This document shows, in pieces, positions 34,590 to 47,265 of a stretch of 64,000 bases of DNA. Within the stretch, counting starts at the first letter, position 1. Every line of letters starts with the position of its first letter. This DNA comes from Macrostomum lignano (Eukaryota). The notes below the pieces were generated by a model. That model saw only the letters and a program-made list of their open reading frames with translations, made no database searches and was not told the DNA's origin. The translations under genes and the position numbers were made by a program. The DNA lies in NCBI GenBank assembly GCA_002269645.1, contig NIVC01003573.1, forward strand, positions 26,544 to 90,543, given 5' to 3'.

Positions 34590-36052
34590 CATCTAGTGTG
34601 TCTAACATGTGCAAATCTGTGCGTCTAACATGTGCAAATCTGTGTGTCTAACATGTGCAAATCTGTGTCTAACATGTTCAAATCTGTGTGTCTAACATGT
34701 GCAAATCTGTGTGTAACATGTTCAAATATGTGTGTCTAACCTGTGCAAATCTGTGTGTCTAACATGTGCAAATCTGTGTGTCTAACATGTGCAAATCTGT
34801 GTGTAACATGTTCAAATATGTGTGTCTAACCTGTGCAAATCTGTGTGTCTAACATGTGCAAATCTGTGTGTCTAACATGTGCAAATCTGTGTGTCTAACA
34901 TGTGCAAATCTGTGTGTCTAACATGTGCAAATCTGTGTGTCTAACATGTGCAAATCTGTGTGTCTAACATGTGCAAATCTGTGTGTCTAACATGTGCAAA
35001 TCTGTGTGTCTAACATGTGCAAATCTGTCAGTAGCGCAACCAGAAATTTTTTGAGGGGGGCGGATTCTGGAAGGTAAAGTCCCGGGAGGGGGGGCGGAGA
35101 GGTGGCTCTGTTTTTGGCGAAAATTCGCTTGGTCCCCCCTTCGATTTTTTTTTGGGTGTCTGCCTAAGGGGGGGGCGACCGCCCCCCCCCCCTGGTTGCG
35201 CCACTGAAATCTGTGTGTCTAACATGTGCAAATCTGTGTGTCTAACATGTGCAAATCTGTGTGTCTAACATGTGCAAATCTGTGTGTCTAACATGTTCAA
35301 ATCTGTGTGTCTAACCTGTGCAAATCTGTGTGTCTAACCTGTGCAAATCTGTGTGTCTAACATATGCACATCTGTGTGTCTAACATGTTCAAATCTGTGT
35401 GTCTAACCTGTGCAAATCTGTGTGTCTAACCTGTGCAAATCTGTGTGTCTAACATATGCACATCTGTGTGTCTAACCTGTGCAAATCTGTGTGTCTAACC
35501 TGTGCAAATCTGTGTGTCTAACATGTGCACATCTGTGTGTCTAACATGTGCAAATCTGTGTGTCTAACATGTGCAAATCTGTGTGTCTAACATGTGCAAA
35601 TCTGTGTGTCTAACATGTGCAAATCTGTGTCTAATATGTGCAAATCTGTGTGTCTAACATGAGCAAATCTGTGTCTAACATGTGCAAATCTGTGTGTCTA
35701 ACATGTGCAAATCTGTGTGTCTAACATGTGCAAATCTGTGTGTCTAACATGTGCAAATCTGTGTCTAACATGTGCAAATCTGTGTGTCTAACCTGTGCAA
35801 ATCTGTGTGTCTAACATGTGCAAATCTGTGTGTCTAACATGTGCAAATCTGTGTGTCTAACATGTGCAAATCTGTGTGTCTAACATGTGCAAATCTGTGT
35901 GTCTAACATGTGCAAATCTGTGTCTAACATGTGCAAATCTGTGTGTCTAACCTGTGCAAATCTGTGTGTCTAACATGTGCAAATCTGTGTGTCTAACATG
36001 TGCAAATCTGTGTGTCTAACATGTGCAAATCTGTGTGTCTAACATGTGCAAC
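34590..36052 (+). repeat. 23-bp minisatellite (AATCTGTGTGTCTAACATGTGCA)n
   Basis: Begins ~20 nt after the IgSF stop codon; interrupted by a MITE. Confidence 0.96.
35029..35206. mobile_element. 178-bp hAT-type MITE
   Basis: TIRs CAGTAGCGCAACCAG / CTGGTTGCGCCACTG (14/15 match); 8-bp TSD AAATCTGT on both sides. Confidence 0.88.
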
Positions 36053-36309
36053 TTGGTGTATCTAGCAGGTGAAGGGCTGCTTTGAAAAGCAAGAAAGAAT
36101 GCCCGAGAACTAAGTAGTCCGGTTTTTCTATTTTCAGCGTCCGTCTCCAACCCAGCGCTGTTCTCTTATCCAGCTATGCAGCACCAGCAGCAGCTGGCGG
36201 ATTTTACTGATGATAGTCGAAGTGAGTAGACATGTGCGCTTTTTATTTACTTTTGCTTGAATTAATGATAATCAGCCGTTTAAATATTGGCCGTGTCCAC
36301 AACTATATT

Positions 36310-36830
36310 CATAAGGTAGGGATGTCCATTCTATGATGAGGTGTCCACTCTGCGATAGGGGTGTCCACTTTATTATGGAAGAGTCCACTTCGAGATAGGG
36401 GTGTCCACTTTATTATGGAAGAGTCCACTTCGAGATAGGGGTGTCCACTTTATTATGGAAGAGTCCACTTCGAGATAGGGGTGTCCACTTTATTATGGAA
36501 GAGTCCACTTCGAGATAGGGGTGTCCACTTTATTATGGAAGAGTCCACTTCGAGATAGGTGTGTCCACTCTATGATGGAGGTGTCAACTTCGAGATTGAG
36601 GTGTCCACTTCGAGATAGGGGTGTCCACTCTACAATAGCTAGAGGTGTCCGGTCTACGATAAGGGTGTCCACTCTACGATAGCTAGAGGTGTCCGGTCTA
36701 CGATAAGGGTGTCCACTCTACGATAGCTAGAGGTGTCCGGTCTACGATACAGCTGTGTCCACTTCGAGATACACTCGTAGCTAGGTATGTCCACTATACG
36801 ATAGAGGTGTCCACTTTGAGATAGGTGATG
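36310..36830 (+). repeat. 40-bp repeat built from ~20-bp GTCCACTT subunits
   Basis: GTGTCCACTTTATTATGGAAGAGTCCACTTCGAGATAGGG repeated about five times, with degenerate flanks. Confidence 0.9.
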
Positions 36831-37803
36831 TCTCCTTGGGCTCTTCACCAATTTTTTGTCAAACCTCGATACCTTGCTGTCAAACTCCAATACCCAAAAA
36901 GGCACTTCTATCATTCGAATTCCAGACACAGACCCCTACTCATTGGAAGGTGGCTACTCGATGCGCCAGAAGAAAATTGTTTACGAAGTAGTTGTCTAAT
37001 TATTTAAATTTATATACGTTTCATACGATGCGAGATTAAAACCAAGTCCAAGCTAAAATAGCTTTTTAATTTACTTTAGAATTAGAATTTAGAATCAGTA
37101 CTGCTTTCCGGAATTTTTTGAACACGCGATGCAATATTGTAAAGTTTCTCTTCTCATGCTAGTAACTGGATTTTATGCTTTCTGTCAGTTCTATCGCTGA
37201 TAAGCTTACTCATTAGTAGTATCGAAAGGAAAATGTTTTCCGTCTTTTTATGTTCACAGTCTCTTAAAGTTCAATAGTCTTTCAAAGTTGCTTAAGTCTG
37301 CTTAAACGCTTCTTTGTTTTAATGCATGCTTGCTGTTTTTTATACTATAAAATTTGTACTATATTGTACGTCAGTAGTTATAGTGTACATTAAAACAATC
37401 TTCTGTCAACGAAACCTAGAAAAATGCTACTGATTTATTGATTAGATGTTCTTGCTCTTTTCCTGACAAATTCATTCATGCCTTTGCAAAACTCGGATTG
37501 CAAAAAAAGCTTATGTATGGCATTAAAACATTAAATGAATTATTTAAATATTCAAAAATTGTGTCTGACTGAAAGTGAAAATAATTAGGAAAGCTGACAT
37601 ATCTTAAGTTATTAAGCATTTAAAACATGCTTGCTGTAGCACAGGTTAAAACAGCTTGTATATTTGTTATTCGAAATTATGCGATTCAAAAAAATTATAT
37701 TTGTTCTAACTTGTCAATAGATAACTATAGCATTGGTTTAAATTTTGTATTGATCCAGTTATAAACTGAAATTACAGGGTTCAGTAAAACAAAAATCGTT
37801 TCT

Positions 37804-39063
37804 TTAATTAATGCTGGTCGTATTAAAAACATTCGATTCGGCCTGGTCACTATCAGTAGTTGACCGCTTAAAGACATCTTCCGCTGTAGTTACGGGCGGT
37901 GCAGCGGTCGATGAACTCGTCGATCCGTCTGGAGAAGCGGTCGATGTCGTGACACTGTCGCTACTCATAGTAGTAGCAGTTGGAATGACAGTAGTTTCAA
38001 CAGGACTCTCGGTAGTTTCACCGGCCGTAGTGGCCGCAGTAGATACGTTATCCTCCGTAGTTTCGGTAGATTCAGGAGTCACGTCGTGTTCTTCTAATGT
38101 AGTATCAGCCTCGGCTGTAGCATCAGTGGCAGTTGTTTTTGTCGTATCGAAGCCGTTCTCAAGCAGCTCCGGTACCAGGCAGATTCGCACCGGACACTTG
38201 CCTGGCACCGGATTAGGCACAGTCAGTTCTCTAGTGCCAGACGGACAGGTTACAGACTGGCTTGAGCAATCTTGGGCCTTCCTTGGTACCTGACGCTTGT
38301 TTTCGACGTTCGAGACGTCTTTCCTAGGCGGAGACAGCGGCTCCAGGGACTCTGGCAGCTTGTTGACGCACAGTTTAGCTGGACATCCGTTGATTGGATC
38401 TGCTCGAATGATCAGCAGTTGGTCAGGAGTTGCACAGCCCTCGGCCAGCAGGTCCGCCTCGGTCACCGGACAGCCGCACTGAAGGAATTCGCAGTAGGCA
38501 GTTTTGTTTCGCATCAGAGCTGGTCGGTTCCAGCTCGTGGGAGCTGCAGCACCAGACTCGTTGTCGACTTTTTTTCCTTCATCGCCAGACTTGAGGTCCG
38601 GCTTTGTCTGAGGCTTCGATTGGCAGAAATTGTCAAAGCAGCGCAACGGTACACAGCGAGGTCGCAGCGGGCAAATGCTGGCTGAGAACTGCACCTCAAC
38701 CGTGGTGTCCAGAGAAGGCGGATTGTAGTACTCGAACAGTCTTAGAGGCGCCCAGGTTGGACAGTTATTCACTCCAGTGACGAAACTCAACATGCTTAAC
38801 GGACAAGCGGCCGTTTCAGCTTCTGTCAGGCAGACACTTTGAGCTGGACAGTTGCTGCTGTCCTTGGATGTAACCGACATGAAGTAGGCCGTCAGTCTGT
38901 CGTTAGGGCCAGCGCATCGAGTGCCAGGAGCAATAAGGTGCAACGGATTAGTGCAGCTGGATTGATAATCTTGCGATTGTCGCTGCGATGCATCAACTGC
39001 AGTCGGCAGCTGGTTGGTCAGCTGTTGTACATTGGCTACGAATAGTAGAAGCAAAATGTTCAT
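37804..39063 (-). CDS. 419-aa putative secreted protein: signal peptide, Cys-rich modules, Thr/Ser-rich mucin-like tail
   Basis: Single ATG-to-stop ORF in non-repeat DNA; hydrophobic N-terminus (MNILLLLFVA); recurring CP...C motifs; TTT-rich C-terminus. Confidence 0.8.
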   Translation of the reverse strand: MNILLLLFVANVQQLTNQLPTAVDASQRQSQDYQSSCTNPLHLIAPGTRCAGPNDRLTAYFMSVTSKDSSNCPAQSVCLTEAETAACPLSMLSFVTGVNNCPTWAPLRLFEYYNPPSLDTTVEVQFSASICPLRPRCVPLRCFDNFCQSKPQTKPDLKSGDEGKKVDNESGAAAPTSWNRPALMRNKTAYCEFLQCGCPVTEADLLAEGCATPDQLLIIRADPINGCPAKLCVNKLPESLEPLSPPRKDVSNVENKRQVPRKAQDCSSQSVTCPSGTRELTVPNPVPGKCPVRICLVPELLENGFDTTKTTATDATAEADTTLEEHDVTPESTETTEDNVSTAATTAGETTESPVETTVIPTATTMSSDSVTTSTASPDGSTSSSTAAPPVTTAEDVFKRSTTDSDQAESNVFNTTSIN

Positions 39064-40739
39064 TGCTGCATATGCTCTAGTAATTTGGTGTGCTGAATTT
39101 TAGCTTCCAAATCTACAGGTGCGAGATAGACTGGCCCGTGTTAGAAATCTGAATTGAAGCTTTTATCAGTTTTAATTGGTTTCAAAAATGAATGGCGATT
39201 GGCTTGGGTTGAATGGAGGAGGTCGTCTAATCGATCGATAATTTATTTCGTGATGTTCTTCTGCCCCTCGCTCCTATTGGCTAGAGAAATAAAACGCCTG
39301 TTTAGTGTACATTGTACATAGCGCTCAACCTCAGTTGAAGTCACGTGACTAAGTCATCTTGTTTGTTATAATGTGAATTGACTTTACCAACAACTCAGGC
39401 TTTAGCTACGTTGTTGCATTTAAAGTATAATCTGTCATTATTTGGTCTATATCCATACATCAAAGTTGATTAACTCTGTCAAAGTCAAACAGGTTGAATC
39501 GATAGGCTATTTTTATTGCTATGATTTTAACAGTAAAGGACAATTGGTACGAGAGTTGCACCGATGCATTGTTGATTCTGATGTGGAACTTTTCACAGTC
39601 GCATAAAATTAAATCTCTAGATGGACGTTCATGGGACAATGGGGATTAAAAATCTCGAGTTTTGCCAATCCCGGGATTGCAAAGGTTTCTAGCAATTTTT
39701 GTTGGTGCAATTTTGGTTTACGAAGCCATCTAACCTGATTTTAAAGAGCTTTCAATGATAAAAGTAGAACAGAATAAAAGATTTTGCAAACAAGAAGCTG
39801 AAAGTGTGCTCTGAATTGGAGTGTGATGTGCTTTTTACACTGCAGTATCAGCTTCGGAAAATCACACTTGATTGTGATGTAACTTGGGGAATGATAGCTT
39901 ACAGAGCTATGGCCCGAAGTACTGATACGAGGGTAGAAAGGGATTAGACCTCGGGGGCACCCGCCCTATAAGATAGAGAATTGGTAGCTTTGGTGTCCTC
40001 CGAAAGCGAGGTCCCACTGTTTTTTTTCACCTGACAAGTAGATACGATGAATGATGAATGATGTTACTGATGAATGATACTGAGAATGAATGAATGATTG
40101 AATTGCACAGCGAGACGGGATCCCGGGATTGTATTCCCTATGGGACAATTAGCGCAAAGGGAGACGTTAAGCTCTCTATCACCTTTACTTTAGGGCATCT
40201 GTTGAACACGGTTGTGTAAATTTAGGATTGAGTAAAACATCCTGTAGCATGACTATGTACCTAAAAGTATTGTTACACAACTACCCCTCAGTAACAGTCA
40301 AAACCGCCACCCTTTCAACTCAACCGTAAGTGACATAACTTGCTCAGCGGCGAGGGGGGAGTGAATGCAGGAGATAATCCCAGACATGTTCGATCGGGTT
40401 CATGTTCGGCCGTTCACCAAGAAGGCCATTGCAGAGTACTCAGCTGCAGCTTGCACTTGCGGTTGAGGTGAGAGAGAAGTCGCTCTCTCTCTCTCGGTAG
40501 AGAGAGATTAGACAGCATGTCACTGGAATCTTAAGCGTTTACAAGAAAATTAAGCGTTTTCTCAGCATACTGATAATTAATGGGAATCGCTGAGATGGCA
40601 AGGCTTGGGGGGAATTGATAAGATATCAAGGCTGTGGCTAGGTCGGAAGGTACGTGTAGTTTATTTAAAAAAAGTTATTACATTCTTTGTTTGCTCCTTA
40701 ACTGGGGGCGTAGAGTGTTAGTACTTAACTCTACTCAAC

Positions 40740-41860
40740 AGCCATCAGAAATTCAGCAATGTCACTAGCAATCAGCGCCCCCCGTTGGGGAGCCAAAAAA
40801 TACAGCACAAGTTTTTTAATAAACTACATATAAGCGTCTCTTTGCATTATACCTCAGCAACCCCTTGTAAGCCTTGACATGCCAGCAATTCCTCCCCCCC
40901 CCACAAGCCTTAGCATATCAACTCCCCCTTGACATCTTAGCAATTCCCCCCATAAGCCTTGAAATCTTAAAAAATCTGTTAACCTTCTAAACCTAACCCT
41001 AACCCTAACCCTAACCCTAACCCTAACCTTAAAGCATTGACATTTCAGTAATTCTCTCCGAGAGTCATTATAGCACTACAGCATTATAGCGATTCCCTGC
41101 AAGCCTCGACATCGTTGGGATTCCCAAATGAATCTCTTAACTTCGACATGAAGCTTCTTTTATTTTTTACATTACACTTTATCTATCAGCGATCCTTCCC
41201 GTGAAGAGCCAACAAATAATAAAAAACATTTTTCAATAAACTACATCATCTACATGTAGCTTGTGAATTTAGCCTTGACATCTCGGTTATTCCCCCGTGA
41301 GCCTTGACATCTCAGCTATTCCCCCCCGTAAGCCTTGACATGTTAGCGATGCCCCCCATAAACATTGATATCTGAAAAATCCCCTGTTAATCTTGAAACC
41401 CGCTAAAATCTAACCCTCAACCCAAACCTGACCTAAACCTAACTTTAACCCAACCTAAAGCCTTGAATCTCAGCAATTCTTCTCCCCTAAGCCTTGACAT
41501 TTTAGTGATTCCTTATTTAAGAATCACAGCACCATAGCGATTCCCTCCAAGCCTTGGCATCGTAGCAATTGCCAAATGAATCTTTTAACTTCGACATGAC
41601 TCTTCTTTTATGTACACATAGTGCTTCTTCTCTTTTTTACATGACTCTTCTTCTATCAGCGCCCCCTCCCCCGTAGCGAGCCAACAAAGAATGTAATAAA
41701 AAATTGAGTAAACTACATGTACTTTGAAGTAGCTTCTGACGTTTGCTACTTTGCTTCTCTGGCATCTCAGAAACCGCCTCCCCATAATCTCAGTTATTCT
41801 CCGTGAGCCTTGACATCTTAGTAATTCTCCCCAGCACAGCACAATAGCTTCTTTTAATTT
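40740..41860 (+). repeat. Diverged tandem repeat, ~415-470-bp unit, about three copies
   Basis: CAGCG..GAGCCAA...AATAAACTACAT recurs near 40773, 41186 and 41657; GCCTTGACAT motifs recur. Confidence 0.65.
40992..41028 (-). repeat. Short interstitial (TTAGGG)n tract
   Basis: Five perfect CCCTAA units plus a partial unit on the + strand. Confidence 0.85.
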
Positions 41861-43130
41861 TTACATGACACTTCTTTCATGTCTGACATGACGCTTCTTT
41901 TATTCTTCCATGACGCTTCTATGATTTCTCAAATGACACTTCCATTAGTTTTTATATGAGGCTTCTATGATCTTTTGATGACGCTTCTATGATTGTTTAC
42001 ATGACGCTTCTATGATTGTTTGCATGACGCTTCTATGATTTTTTCATGACGCTTCTATGATTGTTTACATGACGCTTCTATGATTGATTTTCTATGATTC
42101 TATGATTTTTTACATGACACTTCTATGATTGTTTACATGACGCTTCTATGATTGTTTACATGACGCTTCTATGATTTTTTTAAAAGACGCTTCTATGATT
42201 TTTACATGACGCTTCTATGATTTTTACATGACGCTTCTATGATTTTTTACATGACGCTTTTATTATTTTTACATGACGCTTTTATGATTGTTTACATGAC
42301 GCTTCTATGATTGTTTACATGACGCTTCTATGATTGTTTGCATGACGCTTCTATGATTTTTTCATGACGCTTCTATGATTGTTTACATGACGCTTCTATG
42401 ATTGATTTTCTATGATTCTATGATTTTTTACATGACACTTCTATGATTGTTTACATGACGCTTCTATGATTGTTTACATGACGCTTCTATGATTTTTTTA
42501 AAAGACGCTTCTATGATTTTTACATGACGCTTCTATGATTTTTACATGACGCTTCTATGATTTTTTACATGACGCTTTTATTATTTTTACATGACGCTTT
42601 TATGATTGTTTACATGACGCTTCTATGATTGTTTACATGACGCTTCTATGATTGTTTACATGACGCTTCTATGATTTTTTACATGACGCTTCTATGATTT
42701 TTACATGACGCTTCTATGATTTTTACATGACGCTTCTATGATTTTTTACATGACGCTTTTATTATTTTTACATGACGCTTTTATGATTGTTTACATGACG
42801 CTTCTATGATTGTTTACATGACGCTTCTATGATTGTTTACATGACGCTTCAGTGATTGTTTACATGACGCTTCTATGATTGTTTACATGACGCTTCTATG
42901 ATTGTTTACATGACGCTTCTATGATTGTTTACATGACGCTTCTATGATTGTTTACATGACGCTTCTATGATTGTTTATATGACGCTTCTATGATTTTTAA
43001 ATGACGCTTCAATGATTGTTTACATGACGCTTCTATGATTTTTTACATGACGCTTCTATGATTTTTTTAAATGACGCTTCTATGATTTTTTCATGACGCT
43101 TTTATGATTTTTACATGACGCTTCTTTTTA
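41860..43130 (+). repeat. ~21-23-bp minisatellite (TTTACATGACGCTTCTATGAT)n
   Basis: Visible tandem array. Confidence 0.95.
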
Positions 43131-44388
43131 AAAAGTCTTTTAGTTTTCCTGACGTTGAAAAGCTTTAATTAAAAAAAATCCACTCTATGAAAATTCGAAC
43201 CACCGTCGCTGCATTTAGCAGTTCAGTTTGTTCACCTCTAGGCTAGCTCTCATCGTTTTGATAACATCAAATTTTGCACTTATATAATTCAACACTTTAA
43301 AATCCAAGCATAGAGTAAATCACACGAAGCAGTTATGACATAATCAGTTTCTCAGTCAGTCAGTATCAGTTAACAATATGGTTACGCAACTTAAATCAAG
43401 TCTGGTGCTACGCTTCCACACTCCATTTTCAATTCAAGTCGGAGTTACAATTCAGTTATGATGCAATCTATTTCAGAATCAGAATTCAACCAGTCAGTTT
43501 TTTCTCTAGCATTCTTACAATGCATTTCAAGTCGAAAAGTTTGCTTGACCTTTGCAAAAAAGCATGTTTTTCGAGTATTTAATGCCTTTAGCATCGAGCA
43601 ATTTCTTAGCCAAGACACATGTACCGTCACGGGAAAATTTCTGATCGAACAGTGCAAGTCTCATGAAAATCGGTTAAGCCATTTTTTCTCTAATCGATTG
43701 CAAGCAAGCAAGATTTTCATTTTTAGTATATAGGATTTGTGACTAGTAACGTGTGAACAAACTGTGAGCATGCAAAAAATTTTTACTCGTCGTATAGCAT
43801 CTTTGATCCCAATACGAACTCTTGGGGCTGTTAAATTTGCCAATGACATTGCTTGACTTACGTGACGCGAGGCAGCGTGAGCTGTTAAGGGGTATTGCCG
43901 CTGCTGAGAGTATGCATGGTGTACTTTATAATCAACGCTCGCTTTACTGACTCATCAGCTAAATGCTAGTTAACACCGCCATCAAATCACACGACTAGCG
44001 TACAATGCTATGTACATGTATGAGCCACGTGATCCTGCGAAAATTGGCATACTTTTTGACGTTGATTGATCGAATAATGAATATATTTTAATTCAACAGT
44101 ACATTCCGGGCAAAACTGTACGTTCAAAGGTAATGGATTTACTGGTGGGTAAAACTTGTGTTGACCACACTATTCCGGACAAAACAGTAAAACTGCACAC
44201 AAAAATGAATGACTTGTTTATAACTTCCATTTATAGGCCGCGCCGATTTTTTCATTCTTGGGTTAGAAGTTTCCATTTATTCCAACCAAATGGCTCAAAA
44301 ATCACAACAGATATGTGTGCTTCTCACTGCACTGTTCTACATAAATGTACTTGTCTGTGCGGCATCGTCCAACAGGCACGAGTGACAG

Positions 44389-44883
44389 GTTAGTCACGAG
44401 TTAGCCATAGACTATGAGCACTTCACAGAGTCCCGGATCATATTTCGAGTACTCCCAGCCAACCAGACCACAGCGGGCGATCCCGAAGAGGATTCAACTC
44501 TGAAATCGGCTTACCAGGGTCAGTCGCAGTCGTGCAGCGGTCGTGGAGCCAACCTGCCCTACAGAGACCTGCTGTTGAGTCCAGCGGTGCTTCATCTCAT
44601 ACTCGACAGTTTCCGTCTAGACCAGCCTTCGTCTACGAACTATTCGAATTCAGCTCGATCATCGGCTCGGTACCTGTTCTTTGCCGACGATAAAAGACGG
44701 GGTGAGGGCAGTCAAACATCGGTATGGATGGCCGAGTTTCGGCCAGACAAGATGGAGATCAACTTCGATCAGATGACGAACGCCGATGCGATGCGATCGC
44801 CTGAGAAGCCGTTCTACATGGTGCACCTGTGCGTGAAGCTGCTGTCGCGGCTGAGACTGCCTCCGGAAGGTGCGGAGATCTGA
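44389..44883 (+). CDS. Possible coding exon of unknown protein
   Basis: Frame 1 is open 44386-44883 with protein-like composition, after a CAG|G acceptor-like site; no family recognised. Confidence 0.4.
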   Translation, partial: VSHELAIDYEHFTESRIIFRVLPANQTTAGDPEEDSTLKSAYQGQSQSCSGRGANLPYRDLLLSPAVLHLILDSFRLDQPSSTNYSNSARSSARYLFFADDKRRGEGSQTSVWMAEFRPDKMEINFDQMTNADAMRSPEKPFYMVHLCVKLLSRLRLPPEGAEI

Positions 44884-45285
44884 TATTTGTTATACTCGTA
44901 GTCACATATGCAGGTAAAATTATTGCTTCAACTTCGAAGTTTGTTGCCAGGTTTTCATCTCTCAAAGCTAGTGGTCCTTGTGTGTAGCTCTGAGAGATAA
45001 AAAACTAGGGATTTCTGTAATCCAGTATTAGTTCAAAACGGATTAGGATTCTACGCCTTAGAAATGACAAACTTCGAACAGTACTACACAAAGTTTTTAA
45101 AAAGTACTTCATGTAGTTCTTTTTACTTACTCGTAGTTATTCATGCTGTCGCGTGTTTATTTAACTGGAGCTGAGCTATAATTTTACTATTTCTGCTATA
45201 TTTTCATGACCAAAAGCTTTAATTTATAGCAGACTTTGAACATAACAAAATGTTTTTAAAGCGTTTAAAACGTTACATGAACAGG

Positions 45286-46718
45286 TAGGAGCGTTGCCAA
45301 GGATTTTATGGTGGGGGGAAAAGCCAAGAATTTTACATGTATGCATGACTAAATTCCTACAAGTTAATTTTTTGCGAATCGGTGTTTTCAGCGCTCATTT
45401 TAGCGCCACAGTCGACAGGCACTCATTTTGGTGTCACAGGCACTTATTTTGGCGCCAAAGGCACTTATTTTGGCGCCACAGGCACTCATTTGGGTGCCAC
45501 AAGCACTCATTTTGGTGCCACAAGCACTCATTTTGGTGCCACGAGCACTCATTTTGGCGGGATAGCGACGTTTGCCTGCGGGACGTTTGCCAGCCGACGT
45601 TTGCCTGCGGGACGTTTGCCTGCGGGACGTTTGCCAGCCGACGTTTGCCAGCCGACGTTTGCCTGCGGGATGTTTGCCTGCAGGTTTGCCTGCAGGACGT
45701 TTGCCAGCCGACATTTGCCAGCCGACGTTTGCCAGCCAACAGCAAGTCGGAGTGAATGTGATACTGAAATATTCGCAGTTTAGCTGTTTTGGAAAAAAAC
45801 AATTTTAGTCCAACTTTTTAATTGACGGCTAACTTATTCGCATGATGTATAAATCGAAAACAAAATCTATACGCTATAAATTAATTGATATTTAGCAGTT
45901 CATCATCATCTTTGAATGTAAAAATATTATTATAAAGTTTACTTCTGCCAGTTTTGTATCGCTTTTCCCAGTTTAAGATGTTTGATTTTGCATGATTTGC
46001 GAATTCATGATTTGCGATTTCATGATTTGCGAATGAATTGACACGCAAATTTGAATGGGAATCTCCAGCGAGCCAAGTTTTGAGCAAATAAAATAACTGC
46101 TGAACGATAATTTTAAATTGAATATTTCCCAGTTCATGGGAGATCCAAAAGTAAGCGAATTAATTCCTGCAAGCGCCTTGTGAAGTGCACGCTGTCATGG
46201 CCAACAACAAGCATGCACTGACATGTCTGTAGCCGCCTTCTCTTCCCTAGCCGCACCAAAAATTAATAAAACCTATGCCCCATTGTATCATTTTGGAGGG
46301 CTGGCAAACGTCCCGCAGGCAAACGTCGGCTGGCAAACGTCCCGCTGGCAAACGTCGGCTGGCAAACTTCCCGCAGGCAAACGTCGGCTGGCAAACGTCG
46401 GCTGGCAAACGTCGGCTGGCCAACGTCCCGCAGGCAAACGTCGGCTGGCAAACGTCCCGCAGGCAAACGTCGGCTGGCAAACGTCGGCTGGCCAACGTCG
46501 GCTGGCAAACGTCGGCTGGCAAACGTCGGCTGGCAAACGTCCCGCAGGCAAACGTCGGCTGGCAAACGTCCGGCAGGCAAACATCGTAGACCCCATGTTG
46601 GCACCACAGGCACTCATTTTAGTGCCCTAAAACAAAATTATTGATTTCCACACCGGGTCACAAGGTGTGGGTGGCTTTTACTGGGGGGGGGGCATGTGTC
46701 CCCCACCCCCCCGGTGGC
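45286..46718. mobile_element. hAT-type non-autonomous element carrying a nested foldback insertion
   Basis: Imperfect TIRs TAGGAGCGTTGCCA / TGGCGACGCCCCTG; 8-bp flanks TGAACAGG and TGTACAGG (7/8). Confidence 0.75.
45566..46586. mobile_element. Foldback-type non-autonomous element with modular tandem-repeat arms
   Basis: Left arm (GACGTTTGCCAGCC/GACGTTTGCCTGCGG)n, right arm its reverse complement, AT-rich spacer; TAG flanks both ends. Confidence 0.75.
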
Positions 46719-47051
46719 GACGCCCCTGTGTACAGGTACAGGTATATGTCTGCAGAAGTCCAAACGACGTGGCAGAAATTCAGATTTTGCAAAAGTATTT
46801 TGAATCGATATCAGGTGTTGACTATATAGATGTACGATCGTAAAAGCACAACTTGCGTATCACATTGACATTTTAAGTCCTTTCGCGAGTTCAAAACCTG
46901 TCAATTTTAGCATCAATCATCACTCCGCAGACTCATCCGAAATCAATAAATTACTGAACAGTCCAGCTCTGCCTCTGTCCATCGGTGCCAGTGTACTCAG
47001 CTGTCTCCTACTGTGCTTGATGCTTTTGTCATTTGCCAGTCTGACACGCAG

Positions 47052-47265
47052 GCTGAGACGCTATCAGGAGTCAGTAAAGTTTGTCAGCAGCTATCAGTCA
47101 GCTGGGCATTTTGGCTGCAACAGCTGCAGCAGCCGGTCCAATCGAGTCCGGTACAACGGTTCCGTCAGCTTGCTGCAGAACGGCGGCTACAGCAGCATCG
47201 ACGCCCGGATGGAGCACGAGAGGCGAATGCAGCAGCAGCAACTATCGCCGTCGTTTTACTACTGA
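47052..47265 (+). CDS. Possible terminal exon of unknown gene
   Basis: GC-richer open frame ending SPSFYY-stop after a CGCAG acceptor-like site; upstream partner exon not established. Confidence 0.3.
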
